A DNA stretch of 64,000 nucleotides from Candidatus Chisholmbacteria bacterium RIFCSPHIGHO2_01_FULL_52_32 (GTDB lineage: Bacteria > Patescibacteriota > Microgenomatia > UBA1400 > Chisholmbacteraceae). The stretch covers positions 64,040 through 128,039 of the forward strand of contig MHCJ01000006.1 in assembly GCA_001816585.1 (NCBI GenBank). The letters run 5' to 3'. The position numbers were made by a program, and so were the translations under genes. This document shows positions 39,022 through 48,254 of the stretch, one piece after another; position 1 is the stretch's first letter; each line of letters begins with the position of its first letter. The notes beneath the pieces were generated by a model that was given only the letters and a program-made list of their open reading frames with translations, was not told where the DNA came from and did no database searches.

Positions 39022-39213
39022 TATTGAATCTTGTACCTAAAAAAATGATACAAGTCAATATGGTTTTTTGAATATAATTCTTGCTCCCCGGGCAGGATCT
39101 CCCTGATCCAAAAAACAGGAGCCGCCTTGGGCTCCTTTTCTTCGCTGCTCCCCCTGATTGACATGTTCAGGAACAGGAAAATTGAGATAGCTGGCTCAAT
39201 CCTCAGCTCACCG

Positions 39214-39233
39214 CCTGCCTGCCGGCAGGCAGG
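39214..39233. repeat. Perfect 20 bp palindrome CCTGCCTGCCGGCAGGCAGG
   Basis: Self-complementary; intergenic, just after the DUF1801 gene stop. Confidence 0.8.
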
Positions 39234-39243
39234 ATTTAGACCC

Positions 39244-39732
39244 TTAACTCACCGCTTTCTTCACGAGCGCTGCGATCTTCGCCTCTTCGGCAGCAGTCAA
39301 CTTCTTTAGCGCGAAGGAGGTCGGCCATATGGCGCCTTCGTCGAGGTTCGCCGTATCATTAAAGCCGAACGTCGCGTACCTCGATTTGAACTTACTTGCG
39401 CTTTGGAAGAAGCAAACGACCTTGCCGTCCTTGTTGGCATAGGCGGGCATCCCGTACCAGGTTTTCGGTGAGAGGGCTGGCGCGTTGGCTTTGATGATGG
39501 CATGGAGCCGCTTGGCCATAGTGCGGTCCGGTTCCGGCATCGCGGCGATCACCGCCAGCACATCACGTTCCCCGTCCGCTTTCCTCTTGTTCGAGCGCGA
39601 TTCGGCCATCAGCTCCTCTGCGCGAGCCTTCATTGCGGCTCGTTCCTCGTCCGTGAATCCCTTGAACTTCTTGTTGATCGCGGTGGTGTTCCTAGCCGCC
39701 TTCTTCGCGGATTTCTTGGTGGTACTTATCAC
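39244..39732 (-). CDS. DUF1801 (YdhG-like) protein
   Basis: WYGMPAY, VVCFFQ and RYATFGF motifs; AAGGAGG RBS. Confidence 0.85.
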   Translation of the reverse strand: MISTTKKSAKKAARNTTAINKKFKGFTDEERAAMKARAEELMAESRSNKRKADGERDVLAVIAAMPEPDRTMAKRLHAIIKANAPALSPKTWYGMPAYANKDGKVVCFFQSASKFKSRYATFGFNDTANLDEGAIWPTSFALKKLTAAEEAKIAALVKKAVS

Positions 39733-39905
39733 AACCTATTTACCTCCTTTAATTTTTATTTTATACCATCCCAAACCGCCATTATCGTGGGAATTGGTCA
39801 CCGAGGCCATCCTCATTGGACCCGCAAAAAAGCGAGTGCAGACCTGACGATTACGGAGGTTTCCTTATGATAAATATTCATATCATCTTGGGATCGGCGC
39901 GACCA

Positions 39906-41339
39906 TTACAACTCTTCGACGTTGTGGGATTTGCTTTCCCGAAATCCGGCATCCGTGATGCGGATAAACCGGGCATTTTTCCACAGCTCCTTAATCGTGC
40001 GGGCATTGCAGTAGCTCATGCCAGACTTAAGCGCGCCGCTGAGCTGATAAATGACGTCGGCAACCTTGCCTTTGTAGGGGATTAGCGCCTCGATTCCTTC
40101 GGCCACGATGGAATTAAGCCGGTCTTCCGTGGTTTGCTTGAATTTCAACTTGCGGTCGGCTGTGGCCAAAAACGAAGCGGATCCGCGGTGGATTTTGTAT
40201 TTCATGCCCTTGCGCAGGATGATACCTCCGGGGCTTTCATCCGTTCCGGCAAACCACCCGGCCAGCATAATCGCTGAAGCTCCACCAGCCAAAGCCTTGG
40301 TGATATCGCCTGGATAATTCGTTCCGCCGTCGGCGATAATTGGTACCCCGGACTTCTTGGCCCGGGCGCTGGCGCGCATGATGGCCGTCAGTTGCGGGAC
40401 ACCGACACCGGCGACAATGCGAGTGGTGCACAAACCACCAGGTCCGATACCCACTTTCACCGCGTCGACTCCCGCGGCAATTAGGTCAGCGACACCCTCG
40501 GGGGTGGCGACGTTGCCGCCGATAATCTCCGTGTCTTTGTAGAGTTTACGGATGGTTTTTATGGCACGCAGCGACACGTCGTTGTGTCCGTGGGCCACAT
40601 CCACCATGACAACGTCAGCGCCTGCAGTCAGAAGCGCCTTGGTTCTGTCCAAATAATCATCCACCACTCCGACCGCCGCACCGACCCGGTACCGTCCGTA
40701 GGCATCTTTGGTGGAATGCGGAAACTTTTCAAAGTTTTTCACGGACCGGGCGGTAATCAGTCCGACCAGCATGCCATGGCGGTCCACCAGCGGCAATTTC
40801 TCGATTTTCTGGGACGCAAAAATTTTCTTGGCTTCTTGAATCGTAGTTTTTCTGTTTCCGACGATGAGCCGCTTTCGCGGGGTCATGAGTTTGGCAACCG
40901 GCGTGTTGGGGGACGGCGCAAACTGGTAATCGCGCCGGCTGATGATGCCGACGACACGCCCGGCTTTAGCGGTTACCACAAAACAATCGATGCCGGTTTG
41001 GGTTTTTTGTTGCAGGATTTGCTCAATTGTGTCGTCGGGTCTAATGGTGTAGGGAGCGCTCAGCACGAATCCGACATTGCGTTTGACTTTGGCAACTTCC
41101 CGAACCTGTTCGTCGATGGTCATGAACCGGTGGATAATGCCGATACCCCCTTCTGTCGCCAGGGCAATGGCCATGGCCGATTCTGTAACCGTATCCATGT
41201 TGGCAGACAGAAACGGCAGGGACATTTCGATGGTGCGCGTCAGGTGGGTTTTGAGGGAGATTTCGTGCCGGTGGTCGATAAACGAGCGCTGCGGAATGAG
41301 CAACACATCATCGTAGGTAAAACCTTCATCAAATTTCAT
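39906..41339 (-). CDS. IMP dehydrogenase/GMP reductase family protein with CBS domains
   Basis: [27 protein letters not shown] and IIADGG motifs; start reassigned to MKFDEG, which overlaps the purA stop. Confidence 0.9.
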   Translation of the reverse strand: MKFDEGFTYDDVLLIPQRSFIDHRHEISLKTHLTRTIEMSLPFLSANMDTVTESAMAIALATEGGIGIIHRFMTIDEQVREVAKVKRNVGFVLSAPYTIRPDDTIEQILQQKTQTGIDCFVVTAKAGRVVGIISRRDYQFAPSPNTPVAKLMTPRKRLIVGNRKTTIQEAKKIFASQKIEKLPLVDRHGMLVGLITARSVKNFEKFPHSTKDAYGRYRVGAAVGVVDDYLDRTKALLTAGADVVMVDVAHGHNDVSLRAIKTIRKLYKDTEIIGGNVATPEGVADLIAAGVDAVKVGIGPGGLCTTRIVAGVGVPQLTAIMRASARAKKSGVPIIADGGTNYPGDITKALAGGASAIMLAGWFAGTDESPGGIILRKGMKYKIHRGSASFLATADRKLKFKQTTEDRLNSIVAEGIEALIPYKGKVADVIYQLSGALKSGMSYCNARTIKELWKNARFIRITDAGFRESKSHNVEEL

Positions 41340-42640
41340 AAATCTGTTTGCGCTGCAGCAGGTACAGTAATAACTTGTGACCGTTTCGGTCCGACTGATA
41401 CGTATGCTACCGGTGTTTTGAGCGCCCGAGAAACATACCGGATATATCCCTTGGCTGTCGCCGGCAACTTCGCGTAGGCGGTGCAGGCGGAAATATCCTG
41501 CTGCCAACCGTCAAGTTGCGTATAGACCGGAGTACAGGTGCCGTACGTGTATGCGGACACCGGAATGTCACTGTAGCGCTTGCCATTTGTTTTATAGGCA
41601 ACACACACCTTAAGGGTGGAAAGTCCGCTTAAAACATCAAGTTTTGTCAACGCCAAAGCGGTGTATCCGGAAAGCCGGGTGGACGTTCTAAGTGCCGGCA
41701 GATCCAGCCAACCGCAGCGCCGTGGCCGTTTGGATACGGTGCCGAATTCGCCGCCTTTAGTGCGCATCGCCGCACCGGTCGCATCGGTCAGTTCGGTCGG
41801 GAACGGTCCGTTACCGACACGGGTTGTATACGCCTTGACCACCCCCAGCGTCGATACCGGTCGGGGTGAGATGCCGACATAGGGGAAGATCGAGCCTGAG
41901 ATGGTGTGGATGGCGACCGTATACGGGTAAGTGCCGAACACCGGATCCAAAAGGGTCCCGTGGGCGCCCTCAAACAGCACGCGTTTTGTTTTTGCCTGCA
42001 GGGCGTTTTCGATAAGCGTGGAAGTGTCTTCCAAATACTGCTTGAGCTGTTTACCGTAATGAAGATACTTGCGGGAAATTGATGCAATATCAAATGATTC
42101 TTTCTGGCCGAAAACCTGCCGGATCCGCCTGAGCTGCAACCCTAGGTTGCGGCGCAGTTTCTCCCGAAATACCGCTGGATAAAGTAGGTCATCCATCCGT
42201 ATCCCGAAGCGGTTATTTTTGTCCTCATAGCAGTAGCCGATCCCCAAGTGTAAACTGCCGGTAGCGCTTTTTCCTTTCCACAGTTCGGTGGCCCGGTCCA
42301 GCGCTTTGTGGTAGGGCATCACCACGTGGACGCGGGGATCAAGCGAAAGCTTAAGCGGCAGACCGCGGGCTTTGATAAGCGCAATCTCTTCAAGTAACAC
42401 CTGTGGGTCAACTACACATCCTTGGGCAATAACCACGTGCTTTTTTTGCACTACGCCCGAAGGTAATAGCGAAAGTTTGAAGATGTCCCGGCCTACCGTT
42501 ACGGTGTGACCGGCATTGTTACCGCCGTTAAACCGCACGACCAAATCCGCATCTTGGGCCAAAACGTCAACCAGTTTGCCTTTTCCTTCATCTCCCCATT
42601 GGGCGCCGATAACAACGAGCGGAAAGTGGACCTTAGGCAT
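41336..42640 (-). CDS. purA: Adenylosuccinate synthetase
   Basis: GAQWGDEGKGK, GGNNAGHT, RVGNGPFPTE and RRCGWLD motifs. Confidence 0.96.
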   Translation of the reverse strand: MPKVHFPLVVIGAQWGDEGKGKLVDVLAQDADLVVRFNGGNNAGHTVTVGRDIFKLSLLPSGVVQKKHVVIAQGCVVDPQVLLEEIALIKARGLPLKLSLDPRVHVVMPYHKALDRATELWKGKSATGSLHLGIGYCYEDKNNRFGIRMDDLLYPAVFREKLRRNLGLQLRRIRQVFGQKESFDIASISRKYLHYGKQLKQYLEDTSTLIENALQAKTKRVLFEGAHGTLLDPVFGTYPYTVAIHTISGSIFPYVGISPRPVSTLGVVKAYTTRVGNGPFPTELTDATGAAMRTKGGEFGTVSKRPRRCGWLDLPALRTSTRLSGYTALALTKLDVLSGLSTLKVCVAYKTNGKRYSDIPVSAYTYGTCTPVYTQLDGWQQDISACTAYAKLPATAKGYIRYVSRALKTPVAYVSVGPKRSQVITVPAAAQTDL

Positions 42641-44000
42641 ACGTCTCAACCAGCCGGTCAGCCAGACCGGTATAACCAGTGGGAGTTAGAGCCAACAATA
42701 CCTTCTTGTCTTGAGTGGCAAGCGGCAGGGTTTTGATAAATGCGGCGATCTCCTGGCGGCTGTGGACAAAGCCGCGGAAAAACAATTTCGTGCGCTCGAA
42801 GGCATCGCCGCGGCCTTTGGCCCGCAAATAATTTTGGATGGCCTCGGAGAGAATTTCGTAGTGGTCGTCGAGCGCTTGTGCCATAAATTCCGGATGGGGA
42901 CGAATTCGGTGCAAACTTTCCAAAACGCTTTGGTAGGAAAGCAGGCTGTAGGCAAAGGCGGTACCGAAAGACCGGCGTATCGTACTGTCGGAAAGGTCCC
43001 GCTGCAGACGGGAGTAGGAGAGTTTCCGGATATACATTTCCAAAAGTCCATTGGCAATCTCAAACCCGCCCTCCGCCCCTTCCAAGTAAATCGGATTAAT
43101 TTTATGCGGGAGAGCAGTTGAGCCCACTTCCGCAGGGATGCGCTTTTGGCTGAGGAATCCCAACAGGGCATAGAGCCACAAATCCTTACACAGCCCTAAA
43201 AGCAGCAGGTTGATTTGTAGCATGGTTTGGAAGATGTCGGTAAGCGAGTCATATGAGGCGATTTGGGTAGAAATCGGCTCTGGGTTTACTTCCAGCTGTT
43301 CCAGGAAGGTTTCGGAGAACCGCAACCAATCTACCTTGGGGAAGACCACGGCGTGGGCATTAAAATTACCGACATTCCCCGAACATTTGCCCGCTGCCCG
43401 AAACTGCGAGAGTTGCCTGATGCGCTTCTCCAGCCGGTAGATATAGACACCCAGCTCTTTTCCGTAAGTCGTGCCGTTGGCCGGCTGTCCGTGGGTATAG
43501 GCAAGCATGGGCAACTGTTTGTATTCGCGCGCCTGCTTTTTTAATTCCGCCAGATTTTCCCACAGTATGGGTAAGATAATGTCCTTGAGCGCGCGATTGA
43601 TGCAGCGGGCATAGGCACAGGAATTGATGTCATCGGACGTCAGTCCGAAATGAACCATGCTCGCGATATCCCGCAGCGTAGTTTTACTAAGGCGCTCCTG
43701 CAGGTAGAGTTCAACCGCTTTAACGTCATGGTTGGTCTGCTGTTCAATCTCCCGAAGCCTCAGATAGTCTTTGGTGGTAAGTAAAAAGAGGGATTTGAGA
43801 TGCGTCTGTTCTTTGGTGGTAACCGGGCGAATCACTCGATAACGCGACAGCCAAAGCAGATACTGGATTTCGACAAATACCCGCTCTCGGTTAATCGCGC
43901 GTTCCGAGAAATAGTCGGAGAGAGTGCTAATCTTAAAATAATTTCGTCCGTCAATCGGGGTGATATGCAGGTCGATGGGGATTGCACCTAGCGTACTCAC
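42633..44000 (-). CDS. purB: Adenylosuccinate lyase
   Basis: TPIDGR, HDVKAVE, HFGLTSDD, THGQPA, GSTALPHKINP and SRLQRDLSDS motifs; GTG start at 44000 preferred. Confidence 0.94.
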   Translation of the reverse strand: MSTLGAIPIDLHITPIDGRNYFKISTLSDYFSERAINRERVFVEIQYLLWLSRYRVIRPVTTKEQTHLKSLFLLTTKDYLRLREIEQQTNHDVKAVELYLQERLSKTTLRDIASMVHFGLTSDDINSCAYARCINRALKDIILPILWENLAELKKQAREYKQLPMLAYTHGQPANGTTYGKELGVYIYRLEKRIRQLSQFRAAGKCSGNVGNFNAHAVVFPKVDWLRFSETFLEQLEVNPEPISTQIASYDSLTDIFQTMLQINLLLLGLCKDLWLYALLGFLSQKRIPAEVGSTALPHKINPIYLEGAEGGFEIANGLLEMYIRKLSYSRLQRDLSDSTIRRSFGTAFAYSLLSYQSVLESLHRIRPHPEFMAQALDDHYEILSEAIQNYLRAKGRGDAFERTKLFFRGFVHSRQEIAAFIKTLPLATQDKKVLLALTPTGYTGLADRLVETYA

Positions 44001-44224
44001 GTAGCCCAGGGTAACACAAGGAATACCTGCAAGTAAAGAGATTCTTCCGCAGTCTCCGACATCAGATGCTCTTGGGGAATACAAACTTACTGGGCTCAAC
44101 ACCCCGCCACTTACACTGTATCATATCTTCAATCGGGAAACGCTTGCCAAGCTTAAAATCCAGCTCGAAATTGCCAGAAGGTTAACCAACAACCAACCAG
44201 CATATCAGGAGGTTCATATATCCA

Positions 44225-44419
44225 ATGGAAGATTTTGCCAACTACCTGTACCGGAGTAGAACCAGAAAAGGGCGTTATGTAAGCCAACAAACCCTCTCCA
44301 AGCTGTCCGGCTACAGCCAGACTTATATATCTTTGATCGAAACACGGAAGGCGAGACCGTCAAAGAGGTGTATGAGGGTAATTTTAAGCGTTTTAGATGC
44401 TAATCTAAGATTTTCTTGA
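44225..44419 (+). CDS. XRE family HTH protein
   Basis: SQQTLSKLSGYSQTYISLIET HTH; AGGAGG RBS. Confidence 0.8.
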   Translation: MEDFANYLYRSRTRKGRYVSQQTLSKLSGYSQTYISLIETRKARPSKRCMRVILSVLDANLRFS

Positions 44420-45085
44420 AACAAACCCGATTATTGCATTATCTATTAGTTTAGGCACCGTTGTATTCCAAAGAACGCCATCAACATCCTTTAAAGTTAG
44501 CTTAAGTTGCTGGGTAATCTTGTAAAGCTCCCTCATTAAAATTGAAAACGATTTGAATTCTTTTATCTCTTCATTATGATAATTGAAGTAACCGTAAAAA
44601 AAGTTCATTGTGTATCGCCTATCCATCGGGGGAAATAGCTTTGGTAACAAAAAATGGAGTGTTTTTGATACTCCAACAATTTTTGACTTTGACTTCATAA
44701 TTTTTAAACCCAAGAACAGTTGTCTTGTTATCTCCAAAACCTGTTCTAGCTCAATCTCGGTCAATCGCTGAAGTTCTTTACTGCTTAATTGAGTAACAAT
44801 TCCACTATTCTTCCGGATGGATTCCGCAAAATCATTAAAGTCAGCCAATCTTGCCCCCCGCATGTTCATATTCCACGAAACCAAAGTAACATAACATAGC
44901 TCTATAAAATCTCTGTCACCAGTTAGCTTTACTGTCTGAAAATCTACTTGCTTTTGACGTTCGAAGATCTTCCGGTAGAGATAGATTGACGGGGTTAAGG
45001 ATCGAAAGTTTTTATTGCATATAGACACATATTTGAAAAATTGTTCTCTTGATTCTGTTAATTTGTCTATATTTTCTGTTTTCAT
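44405..45085 (-). CDS. Hypothetical protein, possible HhH-glycosylase-like fold
   Basis: IVGVSKTLHFLLPKLFPPMDR motif; last gene of the R-M operon. Confidence 0.6.
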   Translation of the reverse strand: MKTENIDKLTESREQFFKYVSICNKNFRSLTPSIYLYRKIFERQKQVDFQTVKLTGDRDFIELCYVTLVSWNMNMRGARLADFNDFAESIRKNSGIVTQLSSKELQRLTEIELEQVLEITRQLFLGLKIMKSKSKIVGVSKTLHFLLPKLFPPMDRRYTMNFFYGYFNYHNEEIKEFKSFSILMRELYKITQQLKLTLKDVDGVLWNTTVPKLIDNAIIGFVSRKS

Positions 45086-45754
45086 TTAATCTCCAAACGC
45101 TTTAGAGCCCCAGTTGCAAAACTCACAAGCAAAATCGCTATGGCGCTTGGGTTCTGGGCCTTTTAGACACTCTACGGCATCCTTGAATAACTTTTCTGCT
45201 CTAGTTATATCTGTTTCCAGCTTTTTAGGCTCGACTTCAAAGTCCACTCGGCCGTTTTCTGCTACTTGTCTGGGGAAATAATAGACCAGATAAGCAAAAC
45301 TGGCTGTTTTATAACCGTTTTTCATCAACAAATAGCAATAGATATCCAACTGGTGCTGGTAATAACTGCTGGTATCTTCTTTTAACTCATAACCCCGGGT
45401 TTTGTAATCCAAGGGGATATAAACGCCATCATCAACCAAGCAGTCATCCAAAACACCTTTAAGAACAGCGTCAAGCTCTTTGTCCTCATATGTCAGCCCT
45501 TCCCAGTTACTCTGCCATGATTTTAAGAGTTTCTCATCGTCAAACAGCTTACCAATTACTTTTCCTTCAATTTCTGGCGGTAACTTACCCTGTCTGCGGT
45601 ACTTGTCATAGTATTTTTTGATAACCCCATCCATGCCTCCCGGTAGAGATGGAAAAATTCCTCTTGGCCTGTGAATATTTTTGTTAAACTGCAACCAAAA
45701 GCACCTCGGGCACTCCATGTATAGGCTAATTGTTGAGGGTGAGAGTTTTATCAT
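45086..45754 (-). CDS. PD-(D/E)XK nuclease (Cas4/RecB-like, Cys at both ends)
   Basis: LSPS...CPRC, GVLDD, LDYKT, QLDIY and CEFC motifs. Confidence 0.87.
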   Translation of the reverse strand: MIKLSPSTISLYMECPRCFWLQFNKNIHRPRGIFPSLPGGMDGVIKKYYDKYRRQGKLPPEIEGKVIGKLFDDEKLLKSWQSNWEGLTYEDKELDAVLKGVLDDCLVDDGVYIPLDYKTRGYELKEDTSSYYQHQLDIYCYLLMKNGYKTASFAYLVYYFPRQVAENGRVDFEVEPKKLETDITRAEKLFKDAVECLKGPEPKRHSDFACEFCNWGSKAFGD

Positions 45755-48237
45755 AAACTAACCCGCTTTCTGATAATTTCTTTAACCACTTCCAAATCCT
45801 CATTATTGATAAGATGAAATCTTACCTGATCGTGACGTTTCTTTGGCATGACTGACTCAGGCTTAGACAATTTATCTTTCAGCAACTCTAGTTCTTCAGG
45901 GTTAGTATATTGAAGCTCGGCAAAAATCCACTGCTCAGCAGAATAATAGTAAAGTACCAGATTTTTGGATATCTTTATCGCTCTTGAGGATCCAGCCCAC
46001 CTCTCAAACGACACATCCCGATCCTTAAAATCTTTTTCCACCCATTCTGGGATTGAAGTAACTGCTTGTTTGACAAACTCGCTTTTGACCCGCTTAATCG
46101 TCTGCTCGTCTGGTTCAATCTTTCTTCCCAAGGCTACTTTGCTTTCTTCCGGCTCTTCTTTATCGATATTTTTAACTACTCTGAGTATTTGCGAAAACCA
46201 CTCAACCGCTGCTTCAGCCTCCTTCTGTAATACAAAATTGATTTCCTTGACATGCTTAACTGCATTTCTGAAGTCCTTTAAAGTGATAAACCTTTTCTCT
46301 GTTTCATAGGTTGATCCGAAGTATTGCTCGAAAAACTGCCAATTCTTTAAGATTGTATTTGAATAATCCATCACATCACACTGGCAGAGTTTCTCATAAG
46401 AGGATAATTGATCCTCTTTGATATATGGATTTTTCCTTACATACTCGGCAATCTTGGTTTTAGCTTTAACTTTAATATCTTGTGGAATAACCTTATCCCA
46501 GTAATCGGGGCCGACTTTATCCCTTAAAACGTTATCGATGAGCAAGCGAAGCCGAAGTTCAATATCATCAAGGGCGCTATTGGCATTAACCCCTAAAATC
46601 TGGATGATTTTTGATCCCGTCAATCTCTCAAATTCACCTTTAATTTTTATTACCCTTTCTTTGATAAATGCCTGGTAGTCATCATTTTTGATAACTTCAG
46701 AATAAGTTATCAAGTGTGATTGTAAAGTATTATCAAAGTCAGAGTTTTCCTTATCAAACTTTGAAAAATAGTCGCTTGGGCTTTTATCTAGAATTTCTTT
46801 GTTAAGCTCTGCCGGGATAAAACAGAAGTTAGCGATAAGATTCTCTCCACTCTGACCGTGTTTTGAAAGATGGTTTTTAGGGAAGATGTGGTGTTTTTCC
46901 GGATGGTTAAACTCTGAACAGAAGTTATAATCCATAGAAATCGGTTCGTTTGTTCTGAAATGTTTCGGTGTTCGAAGCGCTAACATGCAGAAAAAAGCAT
47001 TACGCAGGGCTGATTTGGTACTGATGGTAGTATTAGCGATTTTCTCTTCATCGGCCGTAATCTGGAAATTTATCTTTGGCTCTTTATCTGAAAGCAATTT
47101 GTCAAAAATTTCTCTTCTGTCCTCACCCATTTTACTTTCCATAGCCGCTGTGTACCGTTCGCTTAGGGAGGCCTTCCAAAACCACTCGTGGACCTTCTCG
47201 GTAACCTCTTTGTCCAGTGAGTGTCGGGGTGATTTGTAATATAGATAGGCAAGTAAGGAAATAAATGAGGGGTATGGCACAAAGTCAAAGATTTTTACTC
47301 CTAAACTGCCTGTTAAGTGGTCAATTGCCTGCTCAATTGCTGAAGCGATCCCATCCCAATTGTTTTTAATCTCCTCCTTTCTTAGCTGCAGTTGGTAAAT
47401 CTTGTTGCAATAGCCTTTAAGGATTAAAGAGGCAGTATGAGTGACTACTTCCGGCGGGATCTCACCAAAGTTTTTCTTGCTGATTCTTCCGCTTAATTCC
47501 TCATATTTCTCTTTCAAGTCAAAATCTTCTCCCCAAGTGCTAGCCACGATCAGGTCAAATAGCGACAGCTTCTTACCTCCCTGATTGATCCTTTCAAATA
47601 TCTCACAAGCCTCGTTTAAAGTGGCGTTAGATACGGTAACCACGCTTAGGGGGTAGGTAGTAAACCGTCGATAACAATCGTTGAAGACTTTTCGTCTTTC
47701 CGGTGGCAACTTGTCATAAAGAGATAAGTGATCTTCTCCGATTATTTTATACAAAGGCAAGTATCGGTCGCTTTCTTTTTTGACCTCAAAAACAGAGATA
47801 TTTCCGTTTTCATCAGGAGTTTTTTTGTAGTAATCCAGATCTAGACAGATAACCGAACAGTCAATTGCTTTAACCTTGTTGTTGTGTTTAATCTCAACCT
47901 TCAATCCCTTCCAGGCAGCATATAACGAACAAATCCTTTGCTGGCCGTCAAGGATAAACTTCAACTTCTCATCCGACCTTGGCTTTTTAGGCATAATGCC
48001 AAGCTCCGGCAAGTCCCGATAGAAAAGATTGTGCTTACCAGTTGTTTCCCAGAGGAAAAAACTTCCAATAGGATACTCTTTAAAGATACTGTCAAGCAAA
48101 GCCACAATCTTACTTCGTTCCCAGACAAAATCTCTTTGAAATCTGGGCACCCGTAAAGAGCCTTCGGTTAAAGCGTCAAGCAAAGTGATGATCTGTTTGC
48201 TTCCTTCTGATTCTATTCTTGGTGCTGATATTGACAT
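45751..48237 (-). CDS. GmrSD-like protein (DUF262 + HNH-like) with C-terminal Swt1-like HEPN region
   Basis: PRFQRDFVW, LDGQQR and FERIN (DUF262); EKHHIFP...IAN; IELRLR...RNAVKH. Confidence 0.85.
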   Translation of the reverse strand: MSISAPRIESEGSKQIITLLDALTEGSLRVPRFQRDFVWERSKIVALLDSIFKEYPIGSFFLWETTGKHNLFYRDLPELGIMPKKPRSDEKLKFILDGQQRICSLYAAWKGLKVEIKHNNKVKAIDCSVICLDLDYYKKTPDENGNISVFEVKKESDRYLPLYKIIGEDHLSLYDKLPPERRKVFNDCYRRFTTYPLSVVTVSNATLNEACEIFERINQGGKKLSLFDLIVASTWGEDFDLKEKYEELSGRISKKNFGEIPPEVVTHTASLILKGYCNKIYQLQLRKEEIKNNWDGIASAIEQAIDHLTGSLGVKIFDFVPYPSFISLLAYLYYKSPRHSLDKEVTEKVHEWFWKASLSERYTAAMESKMGEDRREIFDKLLSDKEPKINFQITADEEKIANTTISTKSALRNAFFCMLALRTPKHFRTNEPISMDYNFCSEFNHPEKHHIFPKNHLSKHGQSGENLIANFCFIPAELNKEILDKSPSDYFSKFDKENSDFDNTLQSHLITYSEVIKNDDYQAFIKERVIKIKGEFERLTGSKIIQILGVNANSALDDIELRLRLLIDNVLRDKVGPDYWDKVIPQDIKVKAKTKIAEYVRKNPYIKEDQLSSYEKLCQCDVMDYSNTILKNWQFFEQYFGSTYETEKRFITLKDFRNAVKHVKEINFVLQKEAEAAVEWFSQILRVVKNIDKEEPEESKVALGRKIEPDEQTIKRVKSEFVKQAVTSIPEWVEKDFKDRDVSFERWAGSSRAIKISKNLVLYYYSAEQWIFAELQYTNPEELELLKDKLSKPESVMPKKRHDQVRFHLINNEDLEVVKEIIRKRVSL

Positions 48238-48254
48238 ATTTTTATACTCAATAT

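Noticed and set aside
39083-39100. tRNA gene
   Set aside because: Only a 3'-end-like fragment is present, with no cloverleaf. I found no complete tRNA or rRNA in the window.
40584-41477. 297 aa plus-strand ORF
   Set aside because: Antisense shadow of the guaB-like and purA genes with no motifs.
41340-41507. N-terminal extension of the guaB-like ORF (similar cases: 9479..9568, 28786..28923, 44001..44102)
   Set aside because: The extensions overlap upstream genes or leaders; family homology begins at the downstream starts.
45086-45754. Cas4-like gene as evidence of CRISPR-Cas
   Set aside because: No cas1/cas2 genes and no repeat-spacer array were seen anywhere in the window.
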